A stretch of 64,000 nucleotides of DNA, taken from assembly GCF_009834535.1 (NCBI RefSeq), contig NC_045722.1:11222001-11286000 (forward strand), read 5' to 3'. The notes under the pieces were generated by a model, which saw nothing but the letters and a program-made list of their open reading frames with translations, made no database searches and was not told where the DNA came from. Positions 51,217 through 63,449 of this stretch are shown here, piece after piece; the first letter of the stretch is position 1, and each line of letters opens with the position of its first letter. The DNA is from Camelus ferus (lineage: Eukaryota). The position numbers and the translations under genes were made by a program.

Positions 51217-52411
51217 TAAAACTCTCAAAGTTTCCCATTAGATCAAGTCCAAAACCCCTTAGTATCAGAGACCCTCCATTAAAAAGCAAGCAAAGAGGTG
51301 GAGAGGCCCTGGGCTGGATTATCTCTTCTCACCTTCCTACTGTGCTCAAAGCTCAGGGCTCTGAGTACAAAGGGCCTCCTAAGTGTTCCATATTCAAACT
51401 TAGAAAAAGCTTCCATCTAAATCCCCTTCTTGATGATTCGCAAAGTATGTGTGGCTGAGAAGTACCACCATAAAGAAAACCTACTCGACTTTTTAAAATT
51501 TTTTATGGAAAAACTTATTTTTTTGCTGGAGAATGCTTTCCTCTAAACATCAGCCCTAGGGAAAAACTGGAAAATCCTCGTATTTGGGCTCATCACCTTG
51601 GACACAAAGTCCAGTTTTGCTATAATGGTCATCTGCACTACCTTCAGAGAGAGAGCAAGCAAAATAAAGTGATGTTATTGGAGCCTGCAAGGTAAGGCCT
51701 TGCAGAAAGAGGCATGAAGCTAAAATCACTGCCAAAAACATGAAGGTGACCAAAAATTCTTTATAGGAGTTTAAATTTTAAACTTTTTCTTATGAAATGG
51801 GTTGTGATGCATATTCTGCCTTATCTCAGTGAGACTTTATTAACTGGCAGTCGGTCGTACGTGCACAGCCCCAGCAGCTTCTGGTGTCTGACTGCCCTGT
51901 GCTGCAGTCCTGACTGCACTACTTTTGAGCTACTTGGACAGGTTACTAAACCTCTGTCATCTGTTAAACCTGTTCTCTTCACCTGTTAAAAGGGGGTATT
52001 AAGAGGACCTGCAACTTTCAAGTTGTGAGGACACCTTGTTTTCACATGAAATGAGAACATTCAGCTCAGCGTTGGGGATGTAGGAAAATTCAAGGTGGCT
52101 AGGTGGGCGAAGAATGTGCTACAACAGGGGCAAATGGATGGGGGAGCCAAATCGGGTGGAGGGATAGGATGAAGAAATAAAACTCAGTGGGGGGCAAAGG
52201 AAGACCGAGCAGAGAGGCAAGAACAGAGGAAGTGATTAAACTATCACTTTGCTAAGACTTGATACAAAAGGGAAAGTCTGCACATATAAAGTCAGGAGTG
52301 TGTAACTCTTGAACACACTCCCTTTGTAACTATAGGTTTGACATCCCTGGGGCTTGTCTAAGAAGAAAGGTGAAAAGCAACAGATACATCCACCAGGGCT
52401 CATTCATTCGA

Positions 52412-52417
52412 TTTATT
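52412..52417 (-). terminator. Candidate GDPGP1 polyadenylation signal
   Basis: TTTATT on plus, about 160 nt after the stop codon. Confidence 0.45.
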
Positions 52418-52578
52418 CCCAGGTTTCTCCTCTTTAAAGAGACCACTTACCAGTTCTTATCCCTCCCCTTAGGCTGAGACAGGTGAGAAGGCATTCGTGA
52501 AAGTGGCCACATGACCATGAGGGACAGCTCTCTGGAAAAAGACTTAGCTCAGTTACAAAATAAATACTTCTGGAAGGA

Positions 52579-53736
52579 TTACTGCTCCTCCTGGGCTGTC
52601 AAGGCTACCAGTGCTGCCTGTACCTCTTCTGCCTGGGCTGGGGGCAGCAGACAGTCTCGGATGAGAGCCAGAGCAGCTGCCTCTGTTAGGCTGCTGAAGT
52701 CCTGGGACATTTTGACAGGGAGGTGCCCGGCCAGCTCACAGAGGGCAACATTGAACGCCTCGCCTTCCTTTACTCCAAAGCTGGGCTTCCGGGCCCACAG
52801 AATTACTCGGACCCCTGTAAGGGCTGAGGAAGACGATGTCTTTCCAGGTGGGCCCCCCCGGGTCACAAACAAGTTATGTGCAATCTCGTGGTCAGTCAGA
52901 TAGTCAGTGGCCCGACAGACCCTGCTTATCAAGGCTTCCAAGTCAGGTCCTGGGCTGCTAGTGTAAAAAAGAAAGCCAGGAGCTGGGAGGGCCTGGAGCA
53001 GATGCAGATGGCCCCCAGGGTCCAGGGGTTTGCTGGGGGCCCCCTCCACAGGCAGTCTGTGCGCCAGGTAATAGCCATGCAGGTGGAGATGGTTCACCGA
53101 GGCCAGGCCACCTAGGCTGTTGAAGCCAACGCGGAAGCCCGGGTGTGAGCTCAGTAGCACGGCCTCGACCCCAGCCCGCAGTGCCCCTGGCAGCAGGCGC
53201 TGGGGGAGCCCTCGGGCGGGCTCAGGTACCAGCAGCACGTGGCCCCACTCCAGGGGGCTGACGTTGATCACCACAAGGATATCCTCTTGCTGGAGCACAC
53301 CAGGGAGATCGGGTTCCCGGTGCAAATGGAAGAGGACTTCTCCTGGCCGGATCTTATTGAAGTTAAACTGTTCAGGGTCAAACGCCTGCCTCACACTCCT
53401 GATGTTCTGGGGGCGCCTTCTCTGCACACCTCGCTCCACATTCAGCTGAGCCACAAAACCCACAGCACCAGGGAGGGTTCGGGTCTGCAGCTCCCCTAGG
53501 CGGTAACGGAACAGCCCCAGTTCCATCCGCTGCCTCCAGGCCGAGCAGAGTGCAGAGTCAAAGCGAGACAGTGGCAGTGTGTCTGGGAGGCTGGGTGTGT
53601 TCCTCGGCCACTGAATCCCTTCTGGCACAAGTTCCTTCTGCCCGTAGACAAAGTCAGGAATGTTGTGTCCTTCCCAGTCCTCAGTGTTTGGAGGTAGCAA
53701 ATAGGAAGTTTCATTTGAATCATGTGAAATAGCCAT
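52579..53736 (-). CDS. GDPGP1: GDP-D-glucose phosphorylase 1 (HIT family), single coding exon, 385 aa
   Basis: [20 protein letters not shown]...[10 protein letters not shown]...[10 protein letters not shown] with the HIT motif HLHLH. Acceptor tgattgtttcag| at 53746, 9 nt before the ATG. The ORF-track start at 53754 lies in the intron. Confidence 0.97.
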   Translation of the reverse strand: MAISHDSNETSYLLPPNTEDWEGHNIPDFVYGQKELVPEGIQWPRNTPSLPDTLPLSRFDSALCSAWRQRMELGLFRYRLGELQTRTLPGAVGFVAQLNVERGVQRRRPQNIRSVRQAFDPEQFNFNKIRPGEVLFHLHREPDLPGVLQQEDILVVINVSPLEWGHVLLVPEPARGLPQRLLPGALRAGVEAVLLSSHPGFRVGFNSLGGLASVNHLHLHGYYLAHRLPVEGAPSKPLDPGGHLHLLQALPAPGFLFYTSSPGPDLEALISRVCRATDYLTDHEIAHNLFVTRGGPPGKTSSSSALTGVRVILWARKPSFGVKEGEAFNVALCELAGHLPVKMSQDFSSLTEAAALALIRDCLLPPAQAEEVQAALVALTAQEEQ

Positions 53737-54679
53737 GGGGCTGACCTGAAACAATCATAAGAGGCGAAAAATGCATGATGATATCCCATTTCCAGAGATT
53801 TTATTTTTATTTTCAAATAACCTTTACTGTTTGTTCTGATTACAAAAAGTTAATACATGCCTTTGGTAAAATATTATGAAAATACAGAAATCACTCATAA
53901 TTCACTCACCTGCAGATTAGCATATTTTTTTGCTGAATTAAAAATATAAATCAAAATTGTTTTATTTCTATAAATTATATATATTGAGTAAACTTTCTTA
54001 ATGGAGGAAAAAAATAAAGATAAAATACAACCTTATCCAATGCCCAGGGGAAAATCGCAATTTACGTTTAACCTCAATTTCACATGTAGATGGGTCTTGA
54101 TTTTTTAACCAACGTTTAACTTGTACATTTAGGTTGTTGCCAATTTTATACTATTATACACAATGTTGTGATGAACATCCTATGCATCTATCTTTGCAGA
54201 TGTTTTTATTTTCTTTTAAAATAAAATCTTAGTAGATCGCTGGGTCAGAGTAGGCTCACGGCTCAGGTCAAGCTGCCCTCCAGGAAACTGTACCAGTGTT
54301 CCAGTACATGAGGATGGCCAGGGTTTCAAAGCTGACTACTCCTTTTGTGAGAATAGCTTTTCCACTGTTGGGTAGTGATTCCAAATGGCCATGCGTAGAA
54401 TCATTTGGGTGAGGATGTCCCAATGTGTGCATAAGTGCCCTGGGTCAATCCTTTAAGGTAGAAATCTATGCCTGTCTTCATCTTCCACTGGGCCCCGGGA
54501 GCCCTGCAGACCCAGAGGTGTCAGGGAGACGGCCTGCTGTTGGCCCAGACAGGACTTCAGAACAAGGTTTACCTCAATAGTTGCTTCAGAACAAGTTTTG
54601 GTATCCTCAGCTCTGCTGGTCCAGAAACTTCACATTAATAAAATACAAAACATACAAAATGACATATTAAAAGTCAAAC

Positions 54680-55370
54680 TGAGTTTAATGGGTATAGAGT
54701 TTTAGTTTGTAAGATGAAAAAGCTCGAGAGATTGGTGGCAAAACAATGTGAAAATACTTAACACTACTGAACTATACTTAGAAATAGTTCTTCCAAAAGA
54801 ATTAAAAGCAGGGTATCAAAGNNNNNNNNNNNNNNNNNNNNNNNNNNNNNNNNNNNNNNNNNNNNNNNNNNNNNNNNNNNNNNNNNNNNNNNNNNNNNNN
54901 NNNNNNNNNNNNNNNNNNNNNNNNNNNNNNNNNNNNNNNNNNNNNNNNNNNNNNNAGAGGAAGGAAATGCAGACATATGCTGTAACATGGATGAACCTTG
55001 GGGATATCATGCCAAATGAAATCAGCCATAAAAGGACAAAAATTGTATGATTCCACTTATATAAGGTACCTAGAGTGGTCAAATTCATAGAGACAGAAAG
55101 TAGAATGGTGGTTCCCAGGGGTCGTGGGGAGGTGAGACTGAGGAATTGTTTATTGACTAATGGGTCTAGAGTTTCAGTTTTGCAAGATGAAAAGAGTTCT
55201 GGAGATTGGCTACCAGACAGTCTGAATATACTTAACACTATGGAACTATACACTTAGAAATGGTTACAGTGTTAAATTTTACACTAAGTGTTTTTTAACC
55301 ACAATTTTAAAAAGGTCAAGATGGTAAATTTTATATTATATAATTTTACCACAATTAAAAAAAATTTTAA
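54680..55370 (+). mobile_element. LINE-1 (L1M-type) 3' fragments with N gap
   Basis: acatggatgaaccttgggg...aaggacaaaa..gtatgattccacttatataaggtacctagagtggtcaaattcatagagacagaaagtagaatggtgg. Confidence 0.8.
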
Positions 55371-55439
55371 GTGAGTCTCAAAATAGATTTCAGAAATCCA
55401 GTAATTTGCTGAGCTAAACTTAAGACAGTATTCACTTAC

Positions 55440-56700
55440 TCTCTCATTCATTCATTAATTTATTCAGGTTCAATGCCTATCTCATCCCTACTGCTGACAT
55501 TCTGGGGGCACGTCTTCCAGGCACCCTGCTCCATGTTCAGCTAAGCCACAAAACCCAAGTACTTATGGAGTAATGCTGTGTATGAGGCAATGAGGACACG
55601 GTCACAAATAAGGAGAACAAAGTCCCTATCCTTATGGCACTTACATCCTGGGGTGGAGTCAGATGATAAGCAAAAGGAACACATTGACTCCCCATGGTGA
55701 TAGCATTTGGTGGGAAATAAACAAGTGATACAACAGAGGAGGGGGATCAGGGCATCCTACATCTACAAGAGGGTGGGGCAGGGCTCTGAGATGACAGCTG
55801 AGCTGAGATATGAAGGATGAGAAGAGGCCCCCAGTGAAGAGCTGAGGAAAGTGTGCTCTAGGCAAAGAAAACTGCAAGTCCAAGGCCCTGAGTTGGGCAG
55901 GTGCTCGGCCTGTTCAAGGAACAGAAAACAAGCCAGTGTTACTGGAGCGTGGCTGACAAAGGGGAGATGAGGGCCCCAGATGAAGCTGGAGGGGGAGGCC
56001 AGATTAGCTGCAGGGCCTTGGTCAGGAGATGGAATTTTTAATTAATTAATTAATTAATTAATTAAATGGCAGTACTAGGAACTGAACCCAGGACCTTGTG
56101 CATGCTAAGCAGATGCTCCACCACTGAGCTATACCCTCCTCCCAGGAGATGGATTTTATTCTAAACAGTAAGAAATCACTGGCAGGTTCTAAGCATGAGG
56201 ATCGTCTGGTATTTTATAAACCTTTCCTAACTGTTGTGTGGAAAGTGGATTGTAGGGGGAGCAAAGGGGAAGCAGAGACCATTTTGGAGGCCTCTCTGAA
56301 GGCCAGGTGAGGGATGAGGGTGACTGGACAACACAGATGGCAATAGAGAGAGAGAGGAGCTGGCGGTATGGGTCATGTTGAAGCCTGAACTAACAGGGCC
56401 TGCTGACATGCTGACTCTGGGGACTGACAGAAAGGGAAGAACTGGGAGCAACTCGGCTCCAGGAAGCGGGCGCGGCAGCAGCGGCATTTACAGAGGTGAG
56501 GAGGCTGGGGAGGTGGGGTGGGGATAGGGTGACTAGAGGAAGAGAGAGATCAAGAGTTCAGTTTTGATTCTTGAGTTTGAGATGTAGCCTGGGCATCCAA
56601 GAGAAGTGGTGTCAGCAGCTGGATAGTCAAACCTGGAGGTCAAGGGTAAGGTCTGGGCTGGGTACAAATTTGGAATAACATTAAAACCCAGGGAGAGGGA
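55440..56700 (-). mobile_element. LINE-2, interrupted by a camelid SINE
   Basis: tcattcattcattaatttattc...; G-rich antisense L2 text (gagctgagatatgaaggatgagaag..., gagttcagttttg...gagtttgagatg). Confidence 0.7.
56035..56142 (-). mobile_element. Camelid tRNA-derived SINE with (TAAT)n tail
   Basis: (attaa)n + gtactaggaactgaacccagg...ccactgagctataccctcctcc; TSD caggagatgga. Confidence 0.88.
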
Positions 56701-58919
56701 CCAAGGACCCAGGACCAAGGTGACACCAAAAGACTAAAAATATAAGTAAAGACATATTGGTCAACAGAATCAATTGAAAGTAGGTACAGTTGTAATTAAG
56801 TTAAAGTGAACTAGGAGGCAAAGAGTATTACCTAGGAATAAAGAGGAATACTTAAGTGACAAATCATGGTGACCACTGACAGGACAGAATCTTTATAAGA
56901 AGAGAAAGGGACCACTAGTTGCATATCTTTATCATGCCAGCTATGGGCTGGGGGCTTTCCAAATCCGCTTAGGTGACTTTCACAATAAGCCTGTGCAGTG
57001 GGTATCATCCCGGGAGAAAGGTGAGAGATTAAGTTTTGGAGGCTGACAAGGTGTCTGAATTGTAGTTCTACCATTCACTAGTGATGTGACCTTGAACCTC
57101 TAGAACAAAGTCTCCTCATCATGGCCTCTGGGCTCTCAAGGCTTAGCTGTGCCTCCCTCTCTCAACTCTTCTCATACCCCTCTTTCCCTTGCCTACTCTG
57201 CCCCTCACTCTTCCTAAACTTGTTTCTCTTCAGGACCTTGGAGCTTTCTGTTCTTTTGGCCAAAAATACCCTTGTCCCAGATTTTCTTCTTATGGCTGGC
57301 TCCTTCAGGTCTCAGATCAAATGTCACTGCCTCAGAGAAACTTCGTGTGGCCATCCTATCTAACATCTCAAGGAAAACAGGAAGAGGAAAACAATACCAC
57401 AAGCAGGGAAAAAAATGTCTTGGGAAAAAAACTAAACAAAAAAGGTGGAATTCAAAATCCAAGCATTGGCAAAATATGATGAGTGAGCAAACTTGTACAA
57501 GATCCAATCAAGAAACAAAATAATTTTATAACAAGCAGCACTAGAAGCTATTTTTAAGTCAGCCAGTTTCATCACTATTTCAAGGGTTGATCAGGCACAG
57601 GAAGGACAATCAGCTAACCAGTCTCACCAGGGATGGCTGGCTGACTCAGAATGACTATTTAATAATTTATAATGAGAATCATGCCAAATGGCACAAAATG
57701 TTCTTATTGTCTGGTTGGTACAGCCCCTCCTCCATACAGAAATCTACCAGGAAGCAAAATTATAATCAAAAGGTTGTTCAATAAAGAAGGGTTCAGTCAA
57801 GTGAGGTGGCTGGGAGATCTAGATCATAGCTGGTCACCACGGCACACAGCCAATTCCCACATTTTCACCATGAAGTGAGAGTCTCAGCAACAAGTCCAGG
57901 GATTCGCCTTGGCTGCCCAGCACTCCCTCTCCTCAGTTTAGCACAGGAGACACTGTGACAGCTTCTTGCTCTTTACCTTTAACTAACTGAAGACCAACCC
58001 TTTCTTGGACAGAAAGAGCCAACAGTCAAGGGACCACACTCCAGTCACTTGACTAGTTTTGGTATTCCCACTGCTCTGTAGCCTCTACTTTCCGGAATAG
58101 GGTATTTCTACAATGGTGGGACTCACAGGTTGATATCTGAGTCTTACTAAGTCACTCTCAGATGATCACCTTATTTTTGGGTGCCGGGAAAATTAGTCAC
58201 TCAGCAAGCATTTACTCCACAACTGCCACATATCAGGTCCTGGAGATCATGATTTTCATTGCCCCTCATGGGGCATGCAGTCTAGTGGGGGAAACAGACA
58301 TTAACCCAATCATCACCCAAGCAAATACAGATTGCAAACATGATAGCATGCTGTCCAGAAGCACTGGGTACTCTGCAAGACAGATTCCTAATCTAGTCTA
58401 GGGAATGAGGAAAGGATTCCCTGAGGATAAGACAGAAGAGGAACTGAGAGCCCATAGTGGCTGAAACACAGAAAGCCTGAGCAGAAAGAGAAAGAGGCTG
58501 AAGTCAGATTACAGAGGGCTGCTATTTGGTATTTAACCCCTTAAAGGCTTTAAACTGAGACTGACATGCTCATATTCAGACTTTACAAAGATCAGCAAGT
58601 GGAATGAATTGAAAGAATCAGGAATTAATTCCTACAATTTTGTCAATTATACCTCAATAAAGCTGAAAACAAAAAGAGAATTAATCTCAGCTCCACTTCC
58701 TCAACTCAGCACGTTGTAATCCTCACCTTTTGGAATAGTGTAGATTCATTCATTTATGCATGCATCCAATAAATATTGAGAGCCCACTATGTGTCAAGCA
58801 TTGTCCTAGAGATTGAGAAGGGACAAGGGCAAAGAGGTCAGCTTCAGTCCCTACCTCCCCTGAGCAAGCAGTCTGGGCGCAGGGTGGGGTCAGAGGACAG
58901 CAGTGGGGAGCCCTGAAAA

Positions 58920-59095
58920 ACAGCCTTAGATTGGAGGGACTGCTTTCTAAATGCCGGAGCCTGTACAAGTCACTGAACCACACTGAACCTCTGCATTTCC
59001 ACATTTGTAAAACGAGAACTTACCTTGCAGAACTGTTGTAAGAATCAAGCTAATCATGCGCAGCGCTTGGCATTCAGTGGACCCTCAGTAAACAG
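58920..59095 (+). mobile_element. MIR SINE
   Basis: aagtcactgaaccacactgaacctctgcatttccacatttgtaaaacgag...cagcgcttggcattcagtggaccctcagtaaa. Confidence 0.7.
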
Positions 59096-59179
59096 CCTCA
59101 GTAGGCAGCAAGGTTATGGTTATTTCTGGAGAGGTAGAATGAGGGTTGCAATACATGTATAGGAAGTGCCGGGTGGCAA

Positions 59180-60250
59180 CGTCTCTGGGTGGAAAAGCCC
59201 TCGCTCGGCAGACGGGCAAGCGACAGCGTCGGGTCACTCAGCGAGTCTTGAGGTTTTTCGGTTACCCTGGCTCCAGAGACTTCCCTGATGCCCCTTACCA
59301 GACTCCGCCCAAGGTCGCCGTGGCCGTCACCACCTACTGCAGGTGAGGCGGATGCAGCACGCGACTTCCTGCAGGCTCCGACTCGGGCCATACCGACGTC
59401 TTGGCGCCCTTAACGCATGCGCAGCCTGCACGCAAAAAAGCACGAGCCGCGGCCCGCCCCGCCCACCCAGGAGGCGGGGCCGTGAGGCCTGGGCTCCGCC
59501 CCGGAGCGTCCGGCCCCGCCCCGGGCCCCGCCTCCAGCTGGCCAGGGACCACCCGGAACCGGGATCCGGCAGGCTGAACCGGGCTGGGAGCGCCTGGAAA
59601 CTTCAAGGAGGGGGCGGGCCCGGGGACGGTGGCCCCTGGAGCGGTTGCCGCGGGGACCGGGTGGTGACACGGCCCGAGGGCGGAAGTGAGAAAGTTGCCG
59701 GCGTCCCGAGACGAGTTGGCGGAGCTGTGCGCGCGGCGAGGCGATGGGGGGCTCTGGCAGTCGCTTGTCCAAGGAGCTGCTGGCCGAGTACCAGGTGCGC
59801 GAGACACCGGTCTCTAGGGAGCTTGCGCGCGGCTCTGCGCTCGGGAGAGGGGTTCCTGAGTATCGGCAGGGCGGGAGCGGCCTCTGGCCTCCCGGCGGCC
59901 CACTGACCTCCTGTCTTGTTTTGCCTTCCAGGATTTGACGTTCCTGACCAAGCAGGAGATCCTACTGTAAGTCCTTTTCCGAACCTCACCTCCGGGATCC
60001 TCTAGGGACGGCTTTCCAAGACGGGGGATGGGGGTGGTTGTCTGTCTTACAGATAGGCACACTGAGGCCCCGCCAGAGGGAGGGGCAAGGCCTGCCTGAG
60101 GTCAGCAGTTGAGCCAGAACTGGAGTCCAGGGCCCCCAGCCCTAGGCTATGCCCTGTTCCCAGCGCGCCCGACCTGCCCGCGCCGGCGGCCCCAGCTATG
60201 CACCGCGGAGCTACCTCGCAGCCTCCAGCCATAGATGGGCGCTCTTTGAC
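59180..60250. promoter_or_regulatory. CpG-island bidirectional promoter of CIB1 (+) and probably GDPGP1 (-)
   Basis: CpG island around CIB1 exon 1; NRF1-like CGCATGCGCA at about 59414-59423, GC boxes, and ETS CGGAAGTG at 59681-59688. GDPGP1 needs upstream non-coding exons and lies head-to-head with CIB1. Confidence 0.7.
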
Positions 60251-62627
60251 CCCGCGCTCCATTGCTTTCTGCGTAAACGAACTTCCTGTCCCAGTCCGTC
60301 AGGGGCTGCTGTAGTTCTGGGCTGCTTTGCCTATTGGCAAAGCCAGAGAAGCCTTGCGGAGTCAGGCTCCTTTCCCCAACTTTACCAGAATAATACAGTA
60401 ACCGTTAACGCTTATGAAGTACTTCCCATGCGCCAGGAACTGTGCTAAGTGGTTGCCTACATTACCTAACTTAACCCTCACGAGGGAGGTAAATGGACAA
60501 TGAAACAGGTTCAGATAAGTTTGGTAACTTGCCTAAGACTACACTCTGAATAAGAGGAACCCCTTTCCTAGCCAGGTGCCAGCTTTCTGTGGCCTGGGCA
60601 ATTGAGTAAGGAGATTCCTGGGCTTCCCTTGGTAAAAAACATCCCAATTGGAATGAGGTTGGGCCTAAGGCGTAGACAGTTCAGGATAGCTGCAGGAGCA
60701 GTAAGAGATTCCTGGAAAGAGAATGAGATTTCAACTTAGCTCTTTTTCCACTGGTCTTCAGGGCCAGCTTCTGGCTCCTTCCCGACCTCTCCATCCCTTG
60801 GGGAGCTCTAGAACCAGGGCCCAGCACAGTGCCTGGGATACAGAGGGCCCTCAGTAAATACCCATTACAAGAATGGACTCCCAGTCTGTACTGCCTTGTG
60901 ATATAGCTGCTTTCGGCTTATCATGCCTGAGACTCAGAAGTTCAATGTCTGGGGCTTAGCTCCTCACCTGGTTTATGATGGGTAGCAAGGCAAGGAGTGG
61001 GGATGTAATGCACCCAGGAAGGCACACCAACAGTTTCCCCTCCTTCTGCCAGAGCCCACAGGCGGTTTTGTGAGCTGCTTCCCCTGGAGCACCGGGGTGT
61101 GGAGGAGTCACTGCAGGCACGGGTGTCCTTGGAACAGATCCTCAGCCTTCCAGAACTCAAGGTGCCAGCCCCCTAGCCTCCCTCTGCTACTCCTTTTGAG
61201 ATCATGCCATCACTGGTCCCCATTCTAGTCTTTTATCTGGTTAGCCCCAATTTCCTGGGGGCTAGGGCTTTACCAAAATTATCCAGGGGAATTATCTAGA
61301 AGGATGTTTTCAAACTGAGATTCTCAGACATATTCTTGGAGGTTCAAAGAAGTTTTGTCTGTTAAGAGGAGTTGAATTACCTTATTTTGAGAAATCCTAT
61401 TCCCGAGGTTGATTGCCTTTCCATAGGGCTGCTGGGAAAATTTGTACACAAAGTGACTGGCCTAGTGCCTGTAAGACAGTAAGTGCTCAATTAAATGTGT
61501 TTTAAAATAATCAGCCCATCTTCTTCTCTTTGCTTAGGATGCTTTCCTCTTCCTTTTCTGCTGCCAGGCTTGCCTTTGGGTTAAGCTCTGACTGCCAGGA
61601 AGCCATCCCTGTCCCTTCCCCAGCTGAGTCACATTGGTCTCCCTGCCTTCCATGCTGGCCCCAAAGTGCTGATCGTTCTCCCCCGCAATCCTGAACTGCT
61701 CCCTCCAGTTCTTGGTGGGGTTGGAGTGTGTGACTTAGGCTGCGTTCCATGGTGTTCATAGAGGGTTTTCTTGCCTAGGCCAACCCCTTCAAGGAGCGAA
61801 TCTGCAGGGTCTTCTCCACATCCCCAACCAGAGACAGCCTGAGCTTTGAGGACTTCTTGGACCTCCTCAGTGTGTTCAGTGACACAGCAACCCCAGACAT
61901 CAAGTCCCACTATGCCTTTCGCATCTTTGGTAAGGACCAGGAGCCGGGTGGAACACTAGCCCTTCCCAAGCGGTCTTTGCAGTGGTACTACTTGGGAGCT
62001 GGAGGTCATTCATGGAGCCTTGGAGCTCATCCTGACCACATCCTTTTCGGCTTCCTGTGTCTGCTCTCTAGATTTTGATGATGATGGAACCTTGAACAGA
62101 GAAGACCTGAGCCAGCTTGTGAACTGCCTTACAGGAGAGGGTGAGGACACACGGCTCAGCGCTTCAGAGATGAAACAGCTCATTGACAATGTGAGCAGCT
62201 GGGCCAGGCTGCTCCGGGGCAGGGAGCAGGAGGGAAGGGTTGGGCTTTGGCCTGAAGCTTTCCCTTTCCCAGATCCTAGAAGAGTCCGACATTGATAGGG
62301 ATGGAACCATCAATCTCTCTGAGTTCCAGCATGTCATCTCCCGCTCACCAGACTTTGCCAGGTATGACTGTGGTCCCCATCTGCTGCATCGGGTCTGGGA
62401 CATTATTATGACAGGTGGTACCTGGGGTGAGAGAAAGCCTCCTTCTTCCTCTGAATACCTTACAGTAGCTCTTCTTCTGAAGGGAACTCACAGATATGGT
62501 ACCTAGCTCATTCCAAAGGGTCCTGGGGGAGAGGTGGGTAAGTTTCGGTTTAGTCCCTACCCTCCTTTTCTAGCAGAAAACCCAGTGCACTCTTCTTTTA
62601 TTCAGCTCCTTTAAGATTGTCCTGTGA
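59744..62627 (+). CDS. CIB1: Calcium- and integrin-binding protein 1 (EF-hand, N-myristoylated), 7 exons, 191 aa
   Basis: Exons 59744-59794, 59932-59966, 61053-61161, 61779-61929, 62072-62190, 62273-62361, 62606-62627. Total 576 nt, reading MGGSGSRLSKELLAEYQDLTFLTKQEILL...DFDDDGTLNREDL...DIDRDGTINLSEF...SFKIVL*. Confidence 0.98.
60395..60550 (-). mobile_element. MIR SINE
   Basis: gtacttcccatgcgccaggaactgtgctaagtg...gaaacaggttcagataag..ggtaacttgcctaag. Confidence 0.7.
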
Positions 62628-62847
62628 CAGAAGCCACAGCGTGTGTCCCAGCACCTTGTCAAAGAACCTTTCCACTACTGAGCTGCGGCCAAGGTTACAC
62701 CTGTGTTGCCAGGGCCGGCCAAGCTGGCCCAGCCTGGAGCTGGCACTGCGCAGTCTTGCCCGGGGCAGGGGAGGGCCCTCCACGTCAAGGCCTCTCCCCT
62801 TCTCACTGCCATTGTCATCCGCTCTGTTTGTGTTTCTACTAATCAAT

Positions 62848-62853
62848 AATAAA
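62848..62853 (+). terminator. CIB1 polyadenylation signal (AATAAA)
   Basis: AATAAA about 220 nt after the stop, followed by a GT-rich tract. Confidence 0.75.
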
Positions 62854-63003
62854 GGTTTAGAAGTTTTGAGCCTTTGTGTGACACTAGAAATGCTGGCATG
62901 AGGAAGGAGTGGGCTTCCAGGAGCCTTTGATCACACTGGGAATAAGGATCTAAAGAAGGAAGTCAGACTGTGGCCGCCTCCCTACCCTCCTCCCGAGGAG
63001 CCA

Positions 63004-63041
63004 GTGAGGGTGTGAGTACACCGTGAGGGTGTGAGTACGCC
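63004..63041. repeat. 19-bp tandem duplication
   Basis: gtgagggtgtgagtacacc followed by gtgagggtgtgagtacgcc. Confidence 0.85.
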
Positions 63042-63190
63042 AGGGTAGAGCTAGGGATGGAGCTCTTCTGGATCCTGACTGGTGGTGTTTACATGAATTT
63101 CTCCACGTGTTAAACTTTATAGAACTGTGTCCTAAAAGAAAAACGTCACTTTTACTGGATGATCCTTTTTAAAACTTTTTTTCTAAGTTA

Positions 63191-63193
<3 letters not shown>

Positions 63194-63222
<29 letters not shown>
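63194..63222. repeat. (CA)n microsatellite
   Basis: Direct read of the sequence. Confidence 0.9.
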
Positions 63223-63223
<1 letters not shown>

Positions 63224-63449
63224 CCCAAGACCCTGTGCCCCATCCCTGGACTGAGGTAGAGTGAACAAATCCCCTCACCCACCCTCTCACTGTGTTAAAA
63301 TTCCCACCTTAAGAACCTGGGAGGTGTGGTTGGCCAAGATGGGCTGGCTCTGGCCCACAAGCACCTCAAAGAGGAGGCCTAGAACCTCCCAGAACTCAGA
63401 GAACTAGACCAACCTCAGAAAGCAACAGGCCTTTAAGAGGAAGGGCCAT

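Noticed and set aside
52511-53499. Plus-strand ORFs overlapping GDPGP1
   Set aside because: Antisense shadows of a GC-rich coding exon.
59098-60448. Many 60-190 aa ORFs around CIB1 exon 1
   Set aside because: CpG-island artefacts; only 59744-59794 and 59932-59966 are coding.
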